Of a stretch of 64,000 nt of DNA, positions 1-11,420 are shown one piece after another; position 1 is the first letter of the stretch, and the number at the start of each line of letters is the position of its first letter. The notes beneath the pieces are model-generated. The model saw nothing but the letters and a program-made list of their open reading frames with translations. It was not told the origin of the DNA and did no database searches. The DNA comes from Octopus vulgaris (lineage: Eukaryota), in the NCBI GenBank assembly GCA_951406725.2, contig OX597843.1, positions 21,018,001 to 21,082,000 of the forward strand, in the 5' to 3' direction. The translations under genes were made by a program, and so were the position numbers.

Positions 1-1258
1 TTAAGCCCACCTCTGACCTTGTATTGAAATCTTCTACATTCTCTCTACCAACTGTTACCAATTAAGATGTTATATCTGATTCGGCAGGGATTTTACCCGC
101 TTAACGCTTTTGACATACTCCTACATACTGGACCGTCTGAAATAGCAGTGAAACGTTTGGGTGTACTTCGACACATTGAGAGTGATGTCTGTTTATTTCT
201 CCCCCTGAATGTCATTCTTGGTACAAAATTAAGCAGTGTGTCCAATCTGAGTAAAATCTAAAGAAAAGTGGTAAGGTTATGTCATAAAATAGAATCCATG
301 TGACCATTTACATGAAAATATTCCATTGACATTTTAATCTCAATACGTTATATAAATAACCGACGTTTTATATATTATAATTTTACACACTGGACAATTT
401 TCTTCAAAATCAGTTCGTTATTTCATTGTGAATGATGTTGACGATTTCTGCCTTTCATCATTTTAATTTTAATGCTACTACATGACTCAGGCCTTAAACT
501 TTACCTAAAAGTCGAAGTTCATCAAAATCGGATGAATTGTGTAAAAGTTACAGCCTAAAATACTAATCCTATGTGTGATTGCATACAATAAGCCGATTGA
601 TTTTTTAAAACGCAGTTATCGATTTTTTGTCAACTCTTAATCTGGTATCAACTAATGGAAATGAACTGTAATCACGTGTAAAATTTCTACAAAATCGTTA
701 ATAATGTCTGTATGCACATTTATCTACACTTCATATTTCATTAAAATCGGATGAAAAATATGAAATTTACGGCCAAAAATAAATCCCCTATGGGTATTTG
801 CACGCAAAACGTCTATTGATTTTATAAAACCACTGCTCCGGCCCAATTACCTTTTTTTTTCTCAACGTCATATACTGAAATCAACTCACTGCCATGAGCC
901 TTGCTCACTCATCGACTTTCATTAAAATTGGACAAAAAATGCAAAAGCTGCTGGGAAAATAACATCGTTTTGGGAATATGCGAGGTTAATGAACAAAATT
1001 TTAAAATGTCGCCATTGTTTTCAAATTAGGTTTCACATTTTGTTTGAAAAAATGTGTGGATTACAATGGTGATCACCGATTTCCAAAATTTTCATTTAAA
1101 ACTTTTGTTAATGCCTCGTTCAAAAGCATTGGCCAAAATCGGTACCGATTGGGATTGGGGATTTGAAAAAAATGAAAACACATTCAAACAATTTTTAAAG
1201 ACCTTCCTGCCATCATTTCAAACGTTGAGGTGAAAAAAAAAATGAAAATCATCACCAG
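1..1258. mobile_element. Non-autonomous Helitron-like AT-rich repeat
   Basis: Recurrent ttcat(c/t)aaaatcgga motifs; homologous to 15565-16795, 44358-45735 and 59312-59935; no coding capacity. The repeat is directly seen; the Helitron assignment is inferred from motif style. Confidence 0.55.
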
Positions 1259-1934
1259 GAGTGCAGGAGTGGCTCTGTGGTAAGTAGCTCGCTTACCTAA
1301 TTGAGCATGTGCGAATCAGAGTTGTGTTTGATACTGAAACTATAAAGACGTGTTTTTGAAGCCGTCTTAAATTGAAGATATTTGAAACTCAGCTGTAAAG
1401 TAAGAATTTTTGTGGGTCTAGTGGGGACCTGTTGTCTACCGCAATTATTATTTGCAAACAAGAAGTCCTCACTGGATTCTAGTCTACCTGTAGCTGAGCG
1501 AATATTTTTTCACTTAACTGTGAAAATTATTGTTTTTGTGGGCGTATCCTGCCGCAAAATTTTGTTTGAGAATCGTGTTTGTCCAGGAATAACTCTGGGA
1601 ATTTTTAGAAAAGATTTCAACAATATTGTTCCTGTTAAGGATTACCTATGAGAAGAAAATTGGAATGATTTGCGTTAAAATTTTGGCCTGGAGTACCGAG
1701 TGGCCTTTGCTGTGTTTTGAACTGCTGCTCTGTCTTCACCCCTCTTTTATTTAAAAAAGACTCTTTATTGAACTGTTAATTTTTTCTCCTTCCATTTTGT
1801 TTAGACTATTTTCACTTCCTTCTTTTTCCTTAATTATTTTGTATTTTATGAGGTGTTTTTTTTTAACTTTTATTAAAAGAAACATGGGAAAGAACAATGG
1901 AATGTTGGTGGAGTGGGAATTTATACCACCCAAA

Positions 1935-3129
1935 AGATGATTAAAAGAACTTGAAAGTAAGACGGTGGTTTTGAGGACCTACTCTAGGATCCTCGACGCC
2001 ATTGCCGTTTTCAAAAAATATTAACGAAAGAGAGATGGCAGAATTTAAGCCAGCTATTAAGTTTATCACTCGGAGGGTCAAATATGCAACCGTGTGGTAC
2101 TATTTTACATCCCAGAAGTGGTTTGTGATTTTGCGTGCCAGCTCCTGGAAGGCAATGAAATTTTGTTTCTTCCCACTTATTGTGGGAAGAATTTGACGAG
2201 GGCTTGGGTTTGCAGCTTTCCACCCGGTGCTGAGCCCGAGTGGATAGGAGATACTATCCGCCGGGGTCTGGGTGGCAGTAGCACCAAGCTCTTCAATGTA
2301 AATATTCTGCCTGCGGCTTACTGGGAGGGATCAAAAGCTGTTTTGACCCTCTGGACAAGTCAGCCGAAAGTCTGGTATTTCCAGACTTTTTGAGAATCGG
2401 CTGGTCCAAGTATCCGGTGATGCTTGAGGGAGCCCCCCTCCAAGTGTTATCGGTGCCTGGAGCCTGGCCATATAAAAAATAACTGTCCTCAACTGCAAAG
2501 CTATGTCCTGGAGCTGTTGACGGAGACCTCTGTAGAAGAAGGAATGCAGGCGGCTTATGAGACAGAGGATGCCTCAAAGAAGAGCCGCAAAAGGAAGAAG
2601 GTGAGTAATAATGGGTGCTCACCGAAGGATTCTGGGAATGCGGGAGGGGAGGCACATGTTCCGATCACGGACGAGATGCACCCTCCCCCAGTCAAGAAGC
2701 AAAAAGAGGATAAAGGAGAAACGGGATATTGCCGATAGTCGGAGACATGGAGCCTCATCGGTGGGGGTCGTGCCACTGGCGGGGCGGCGTGGGTAGACAC
2801 ACTTGGTAAGAATTTTTCCGCCAATGGTAGGATTGACTACCTCGGACCCGCAGGAGGAAGAACTGCTGTTCTTCTGTTATAGAGGGGGAGTGGTGGAAAA
2901 GGTGGTGGTAGAACACTACAACGGAGTACCTTTGGCCTTCGCACGGTAACCCGAATGGCCTCCGCAGATGGCTGTGGAGTTCATAACGTTGTGCATATTT
3001 CATAGGCTGTGGGGACTAAAAGAGGAATATCGCTCGTGACCGGGTGACGCCAACTCGGAGCATACCTTGATTTTAAATGTAGCATGGGCGATGCTGGAGT
3101 ACACGTACTCAAGCGATGAAGAGGATTGA
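1935..3129 (+). pseudogene. Degenerate ORF1/gag-like protein with CCHC zinc knuckle (retroelement-derived)
   Basis: Frameshifted reading frame containing KCYRCLEPGHIKNNCPQ (CX2CX4HX4C), a basic KKSRKRKK stretch, and ending SSDEED*; no RT follows. Confidence 0.65.
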
Positions 3130-3359
3130 CAAGAGGTTGAAAAGCCTCAGTGTTATAATGTGTAAGAATTTAAGAGATAAAAAGGGAGGCTAAGAGAAAT
3201 GGTGGTAGTGGTTGTGGGTGTGGTGGTAGTTAGTATTTCAAATCCCCTATCACTTAACGCATGATCAGAAATGCAATTCCATGAAATATTCACACTTATA
3301 TACAGTGCCATAGGTACGGCGTATATATATTTTACAAGTATATATATATATGTGTGTGT

Positions 3360-3645
3360 GGAGGTGCAATGGCCTAGTGGTTAGGGCAGCGGACTTGCGG
3401 TCGTAGGGTCACTGTTTCGATTCCTTGTGAGTGTATATTGAGCGAAAACACCTAAAAGCACCACGAGGCTCCGGCAGGGGGTGGTGATCCCTGCTGTACT
3501 CTTTCACCACTCTTTCTCCCACTCTTTCGTCTGTTGACCTGCTCGCTTAGCCAGCGGGGTGGCGTCATTTGAAGGCTAAAACAATGCGAACACATTGTGA
3601 CCAGCGATGTGTAGCAACATCTGATGGTCTGGTCGGTCACATGAT
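3360..3645 (+). mobile_element. tRNA-derived SINE
   Basis: A-box tggcctagtgg and B-box-like gtttcgattcc, then a unique body and a (gat)n/(ta)n tail. Confidence 0.8.
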
Positions 3646-3664
3646 AATGATGATGGTGATGATG

Positions 3665-3696
<32 letters not shown>

Positions 3697-3719
3697 GAAA
3701 GTACCAGGAGTGTAAATGT

Positions 3720-6305
3720 ACAATTGCAAAAGTGTGAACTACACTTCAGAAGAAGGGATTATATAAGGGGTTACAATTTTTCCACAAGCAATGAAATAGC
3801 TGCACCGTGAAAATAGAGACATTCTTGTCTATCCATGGAATACACATGCAGAGCGAATCTCGCAGACATAGTGCCATCTAGTCCCAATGAGTTATCCACT
3901 TCTATTACCTCATGGAAAGTTCGGATGGCACTGTGGGATTCTATATGTGGCGAAACGCAGAACATCCGCTGGCAGACGACTCACGATGTAATTTAGGGTT
4001 GCTGATTGCAGTACCTAGGGGACCATCAGGCCCAGTTGCTCGTAGAGCAGTACAGTGGACTTATGGACTACATGCAGAGAGGAGCTTTGAAGAAGTGAAC
4101 ACTGTAGGAGGTGAAATCTATGCAAGATTTAAAGATGCGTACATATGAGTTGGTCTCCTCCAAAATTATGTGATGTTGGAACATGCCATACTAAAGGTGC
4201 TGCATATCGGATGGCATTTCGGCCGCGTATCACGTTTGTTGTCCTTTGCACCTATTCAAATCATTCTAATGTCCTTCGCCTGAGGAACACTCACAAGAAT
4301 ACCATGATGGTAGATTATGCTCAGCGAGGTTTGAATGCATACTCTACACTCTATAAATTCTATGCAAATTGAAAATGGCATTAGCTGCCTTAATGTTGGC
4401 TTGTCTGAACCAGTTCGAGTGTAACGGGTAGGGCATAAACATGACATGAACCACCCCGGCATTGCAACCGTTACCGATGAGCAGAGAGTGATCGCTGATG
4501 CATTCATTGAAGACAGTTGATAAGAAAAGGTGAGGTGAGGTGCTGGAATGTTCCTGCTTCTATGCAGAGGTTCCTGGAGGTTGGGACAAGAATTACATAT
4601 TTAATACGCTGATCTCACATCTACGAAGGAGAAACTATCAAGTGGTGCGTGCAGAGGCATAGCTACAACATTGATGTCTGGTGGAGGGACGGTGCACAGT
4701 TTGCGCAAATTGCCCGTTCCTCTGTTGGAAAGTAGCTTTTGCAGTGTACCACCCATCTCTGACCAGAATTTATTTGAGAAATTTGTATTTCATCATTATA
4801 GATGAAGCTTCCATGATCCCTCTTTATGCTTTTCATGCTAATGACAAAGCTCTGAAAGAAATCACTGGCAACAATGGTTTCGGTTGAAAAGTTGTGCTCA
4901 TTGGTAGAGACTTCAGGCAAGTTCTGCCAATATTGCCAAGAGGAACTCGTGAGGCAGTAATTCAGATCTCCATTAAGAACTCTATTCTCTGGCTACACTT
5001 CAGACATTTATATGTTGAGCCAAAATAGAGCAATAACAGATCGAAGAGAATTTGCAACATGGCCACTACACTTTGACAATGGCACCACAGCTCTTTTGCA
5101 AGATCCAAGTGAGTCAGTGATGATGTAAACGTGCTACGTGATTCATGCTTTAATGGGTCGCTGATAAATGATGCTTTTTGGCAATGCCCCTCAAGAAAAA
5201 AGAACAAGTAGAGCGATCCACTCACCAAAAAGTTCAGACTGCTTAAAGATAAACGAAGGGGTTATGGATAATCTCCAAGGTGACCAGTGTTTTTAATACA
5301 GCATGGATAACGTCTTCACAGATGACTTGCTGAAGCTGAGTGATATCCACTGGAATTTCTGATTTCATGGATACCATCTGGAATGCCACCTCCTAGATTG
5401 CATTTGAAACCTGACTCCATAATCATGCCCCTGAGGAATATTTCAATTGAAAATGGTCTCTATAACGGAACATGACTGGAAGTGGAGGCCCTCAATCAAA
5501 ACTCGATTGAAGCCTCAATAATAAGTGGCACATTGATCGGGGGACGTATTCTCATTCACAGAATAAGGCTGGCACTGAGATACCAAACCCCGTTCGCTTG
5601 ACAATTGCAATGACTATCAATAAATCACATGGGCAGACATTTGATAAACTGGATCTATTCTCTCCTGAACTGCGTATTAATGTTCAGCTATATGTCGTTT
5701 CCCAAGGGCTCACAAACATTATCTGATATTAAAGTTAAAGTTATCAACACTGACAAAGAAGGGAAAAGAAGAGGGAGAGGTTACGCGAACAACACAATCT
5801 GTAACGAAGTATTGGATTGAAAGGTGTACGCAAATTGAAATATATATAATCTCTGATGCACCGCCTTTCTTATGAACTACCAACGATGTGGCTTTCAGAC
5901 GATGCCATGTTGCATTAAATTTTCAACCCTATATTTTACCTATAAAATCATTTTTTTACTATAATATTTTTGTTTTCTTGATATGAATTTGTGACCATGT
6001 AAAATTTAAAATGTAATTTTTTTCTCTCTATGGGTTAAATGGAAAAAATATTAAATTTTTATTTTATGATTGCTGTGTATTAAGTCTATAACATCGTACA
6101 TGATGTATATAAAGTACATATATACAGTGCATTAAGTAATCATCGTATTTCAGTTTCCTTCAATTTTCATTGAATAGCAGATGAGAAACATTCTTTTCAT
6201 ACACACACAACACAGTCTACGCTTTCAGATTTTTTGGATAAATTTTTCAGGAGTCACCGAAAAGTTTTATTATTAATTCCGTGGAATATTCATGGAACCC
6301 GCTAC
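3720..6305 (+). mobile_element. Decayed Helitron (RepHel N-terminal remnant plus PIF1 helicase; Rep core missing)
   Basis: Fragments SNEIAA, SFEEVNTVGGEIY, IIIDEASM, DFRQVLPILPRG, MPPPRLHLK..NGT and AMTINKSHGQ; possible degenerate 3' hairpin ccgtggaatattcatgg near 6280. Confidence 0.85.
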
Positions 6306-6611
6306 CGAAATAAGAAATGCTGAGTATTAAGAATCAGATGAAGTGAGAAAAGAGGACAATGAGAGAGAAGGGTGAGACAATTATGACAATCAATATTATG
6401 ATCGTGATGATGATGACGAAGATGATGATGATGATGATGACAGTGATAATGTTGATCATAAATACGGTGTTGAAGGTTGTTATGATGATGAGGATGAATA
6501 TGACGAGACAGCGGATGAGAATGTTGATATTGATATTATCACTGAATATTCTAACAATTCAGATGAAAAAGAAGAGGAGGAGAACAATAGGATGAAGATG
6601 AAATGAAGAAT

Positions 6612-7130
6612 TCCTGCAGATTACTCTATAGTTCAACGAAGGTATTTTCTGTTTCGTTGATCTTTAGCTTCATGTTAACATCCACTGGGCAGCTGATTTC
6701 CACAAGCGTACACAGTTTCTCTCTTCAATCCCAAATCACCATGTCAGGTCTATTATGTTTACATTACATTGGGATTTACCCTGGGACATTCCGGCAGCAC
6801 TCCATTTTATTGGTAGCGGTTTTAGCTTGCACCATATTGTGGGATTATATTTCTTTATCTTTGGAATTAACCTTCAGACGAATTTCATTATACAGTGTCC
6901 TAGCTACATCATGTCACATCGGTAGATAATATCATGATGACATTTTCGGACAACTGCTTGTAATATGGGTGATATCTTCAGTGTTACCCCCACGTAATCT
7001 GCATCGGCTGTCACGCTTTACTGTTTTGCCTGTACCTTTGTCCCTTTTGTGCATTAGGTATTTAGTTGATATTTCCTGTTCCTGGATTGCAAACGGATAC
7101 CCTTCAAATTAGGAGATAGTAATCCGGTTT
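6612..7130 (-). pseudogene. C-terminal fragment of an RLE-type (R2-group) non-LTR retrotransposon
   Basis: Minus strand reads EDITHITSSCPKMS-YYLPM-HDVART (zinc knuckle/RHD region) and CKHNRPDMVIWD-REKLCTLVEISCPVD (PD-(D/E)xK nuclease). Confidence 0.75.
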
Positions 7131-8771
7131 TGGACCATGTATATATGTATGTACGGATGAACCTACCTTTTATCTCTTCCCTGTGCTAGCCAGTATACGG
7201 CGACCATACTGGAGTATCACATTAAAGAGTATTACTCGAACAAATCGAACTCATTACTTATTTTTATAAAGTTTACTACTTATTCTATCAGTCCCTTTTG
7301 CTGAAGCGTTAATTTGCAGAGACGCAAACAGACCACCACCTTTGAGCTTGTGTTTGTCCCCTACCATCTCTTGACAATATATATGTATATATATCTAATA
7401 CATCAAATCCGTCCTGTCTGTTTGTGCGCTTATAACTCGAGTATTTTTTATCCGATCGCACTGTAATTTTAAACATGGGCACATGAGAGAGCAGGGCGTT
7501 CTGTAATCTAAAAAGATTTTGAAAATTGCTGGTTTCAAAATAAGAATCGCTATTTTTGTAATCTTTTCGTCCTGTTTTTCCGCCATTAAAAGCAACGAAC
7601 TTGTTCAGAGAGCCAGCACATACCATTTAGCTAGCAACAAGTGGCGTACATGATGACAGTCAGCCAAAACCATCGCTATGCTGTCTCTCGTCATTCCTCT
7701 CTCTGTCTCTCTTATGATGTCCGATTCCACTTGAAGTTGTATATATATTGTGTTAAGATTCGTTTTCAATCATTTATCCTTATGGAGAAGAAACAGACAA
7801 AAGTAACCACCACATACAATAAAGAAACATCACCACTACTTTACACCGTCCAAGTTAACCCTCTTCACTTTTGCACATGGCATGAAAAACTACGCAAAAA
7901 AGAGAAAAGATCAATTGCTATTAAAACAGCTAACATATTGGGGTTAATAACCTTAACCTTTAGTTACAGTTTCTCATTCAAACTACATAATGGGTAGGGT
8001 TTTTGAGGGAGATTTGGCTGCTATTTCCCCTAGGTAAATTGTAGAGGTCTGCTTCATTGGCTCAAACATAAATATATACATACATATATACATAAAATCG
8101 AAATAAAATACTTAAAGCAACAGATGTCAAATAGAAAAGCCAAGGTCCATGCAGTGTCATGGGCCAAAAAAATTTCCAACTTCTTGCCTAATGCGAGCCC
8201 AGAGCAATCTTTTATCTCTTACACTATTTCAGTATTACGTCTGTATTGTAATGCGAGATAATACTTTCAGTTTGAAAGAAGCCTATCCTATATATATTCC
8301 ATATGCATTCCAAAACCGAATTACAGATTTTGACGTATGGGGTTTCACATGTCACAGATAAATTCCTCTATTTACATAATACTGAGGTCCCATTCATTCT
8401 TTTGTTGGTATACCGCTACTATTAATATATATATGTAAGAGAAGGGATATAATATCAAAGCAGATAGCGAATGGCAAGGCTGGATCCTTCAGATGGTAGG
8501 TTTACGCTGAATATCCTTTAGGTCCCAACCGATGTAACAGTTTATTTTTTGGCAACCTAGATATACAGTCTAATAATGATAATAATGGGATTGAGTTTGT
8601 ATATTCAAATTGTTAATTCTCTCTGTCTCTCTCTCACTCTTTCTTTCTTTTATTCTATCTTTCTTTCTTTCTCTCTTTCGCTTTCTCTCTCACTCTCTCT
8701 CTCTCTACATATATACTTATTAATTGAAGATATACTCATTAAAATGTTATTTGTTATAAACATTTATATAT

Positions 8772-11420
8772 GGACCTGGTATCGAATTCCAGATTGGGGA
8801 CATCAGGACCTGGTATCGAATTCCAGATTGGGGACATCAGGGAGAGAGAGGTGAATGACTTCGTAAGAAAAGCTAGAGCAAAGTGTGCCGCAGGAGGTGA
8901 TGGCGTCTCATATAAAGCCTACAAGTACTGCAATCGTCTGCGAAAGAAACTCTTCGTTCTACTCCGAAAACTGTGGCGCAAGGAGACTATAGTAGAGGAT
9001 TGGTGTAAGGCAGAGGATTGGTGTAATATACCTGCCGAAAGAGGCCAATGCAAAGACCATAAAACAGTTTAGGCCGATATCCTTATTGAATGTGGAAGGC
9101 AAGATTTTTATGGGAATTCCGTCGAGGAGAACAGTGACATATTTACAGAGTAAATCTGTGAATCTGAGTAAATCTGTGAATCTGTTCAAAAGGCCGGAAA
9201 CCCCGGGATCCCTGGATGCGTTGAACACTGTTTTTCGATTTGGAAAGCGATCCAGGACGCCAAACAGAACAAGAAAAGTCTGAACGTGGTAAGGCTCGAC
9301 CTAGCTAACGCGTATGGTTCAGTGCCACACGAATTACTAATAACAGCCATGGACCACTTTCATATTCTTGACAAAGTGATCAAAATAATGAGGATGTACT
9401 ATGACAGTTTCGAAATGAGGTTTACACCTGGAAATTGTACAACAAATTGGCACCGATGAGAGGTTGGCATTGCTGCTGGCAGTACAATATCTGTCACATG
9501 GTTTTTCTTGGTCATGGAGTTGATTTTAAAAGGTGTAGATTTTCCGGAACAAATCGCCCATGTACAATCGCCTAAGAAAGCCTTCATGGATGACGTGTCA
9601 CTTCTAGCTACAGATAAACAAATCATGCAGAATGACCTCTTGAGATTAGACGAACTTGTAAGGTGGTCAAGGATGCGATTTAGAGCAAAAAAGTCGTGTA
9701 GTCTGACATTTGTTAAGGGAGTCAGAAAGAATTTAAGTTCCGGATATCTGAAGAAAGCATTCCAACAGTCAAGGAAGAGCCCGTCAAGAGCTTGGGACGA
9801 GTATACGCTGGAACATTGTCAGACAGAAGTCATGGGATTGAAATTATGAAACAGGCCGAGGCTGGGTTATCAGCGATTGATAATTCGAAGTTACCAGGTA
9901 AATATAAAATTTGGTGCTTGCAGTTCAGCTTGTACCCGCGACTTGCGTGGCCACTTTTAATATACGAAGTTGCATTGTCACGAGTTGAAAGCATTGAAAA
10001 AAAATGTAATGTGTTCATTAGAAAGTGGCTAGGCCTACCTCGTATGTTGAACAACTCAGCTCTTTATCATAAAAGAGGTTCGTTGCAGCTACCAATAGCA
10101 TCAATATTCGAACTATATAAGCTGGGGAAGATACGGACGGTCATGATGCTGAGAGAATCGAAGGATATGGAAATCAGGCGTAACCCACCAGAGATGAACA
10201 CAGCCAGGAAGTGGAAAGTAGAAGCAGAAACTGACGACATTTTGTCTTCTCTTATACACAGAGATATGGTGGGAACAACGCAGAATCATCGGAAAGGACT
10301 TGGTTTTGGCGCAGATCAATTCAGACCGTTTGCAAGCATGATGAGGAGTGAACGCAGATCTGTTGTTAGCAACAGCGTCAAAACAAGAGAAGCAGAGAGA
10401 AGAGATCTTCATTTGATCCGATGTGTTCATCAAGGTCAGATGACGAGGTGGGAAGAACATGTTGTTGAGAGGAAGATAAGTTGGGATGAGATGTGAAAGT
10501 GGACGACATCTCGGCTGAGTTTCCTGATTCGTTCATCTTATGATGTTTTGCCATCACCTACGAATCTAGTAAGATGGAACGTCTTAGAGAATGTGGAAAG
10601 GTCGGTACACTAAAACATATTCTTTCCAACTGTTCATTAGCATTGAACAGGTATACCTGGAGGCACAACTTGGTCCTTAAGGTTATCTTCAATGCTATAA
10701 AGTACCAAATTCATCTCAACAACACTGAGGAAAAACCGTTGAAAGTACCATCAAGAGATTTCATTAGGTCAGCGGATCCGTTTCAAGAAGTATGGTCAAG
10801 AAACCTCCTGAGAAAAATGAAAAGTGGAACGGTTATTGGGAGGTAACTGCAGATTTACCTGGGTGCCAGGTTTTCTTTTCCATCCCAGTTTTGAAAAAAA
10901 CATATATTTTGATGTGGTGTGAAAGAAAGAAAGTTGTAAATATAGTCGAGCTAACGGTTCCTCATGAAGATAATATGAACGCCGCTCGGGCTCGAAAATT
11001 GAACCGTTATGAAAACCTCCTCGAGGAATGTGAAGACGCAGGGTGGAAAGCGGAACATTTTCCTAGCGAAGTCGGATGTAGAGGGTTTGTTGGATACAGC
11101 GTGAGACGACTGTTGTTATCGCTAGGCCTAACTCATCGTAAAGTCAATACCACTATGACTGATATCCAATCTACAGTGGAGAAGGCTAGCCACTGGATTT
11201 GGTTAACAAGAGACGATGAGCGATGGCTAGAAGTATATTGAGTTTAACTTCATAACCAGCTGATCTAGCAAGCGGGGCCTCATATCAGTGAGGGGGGCCG
11301 GTGCGAATTGATGCCGTCGAGAGGTAGGCCCCGAAACGGCGCGCATTCTCTCCTGATGACCCATACACTTGCTAGCTTCCGGTATACGGAGCTTTCAACT
11401 GGTAGCACGAGCATGTGCAA
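8772..11420 (+). mobile_element. 5'-truncated Hero-clade non-LTR retrotransposon (RT, zinc knuckle, RLE), degenerate
   Basis: RPISLLNVEGK, LDLANAYGSVPH, KAFMDDV, LPGKYKIW..YPRLAWPLLIYEV, RYTWRHNLVL, VELTVPHE..EVGCRGF; several stops and frameshifts. Confidence 0.9.
11265..11375 (+). ncRNA. Candidate structured RNA with permuted hammerhead core in Hero 3' UTR
   Basis: gccGTC at 11313-18 pairs with GAAAcggc at 11333-40; gagag pairs with ctctc directly before CTGATGA (11353-59); outer pairing ctagcaag/cttgctag. Confidence 0.4.

Noticed and set aside
3360-3430. tRNA gene
   Set aside because: A/B boxes are present but there is no complete cloverleaf, and it continues into a SINE body.
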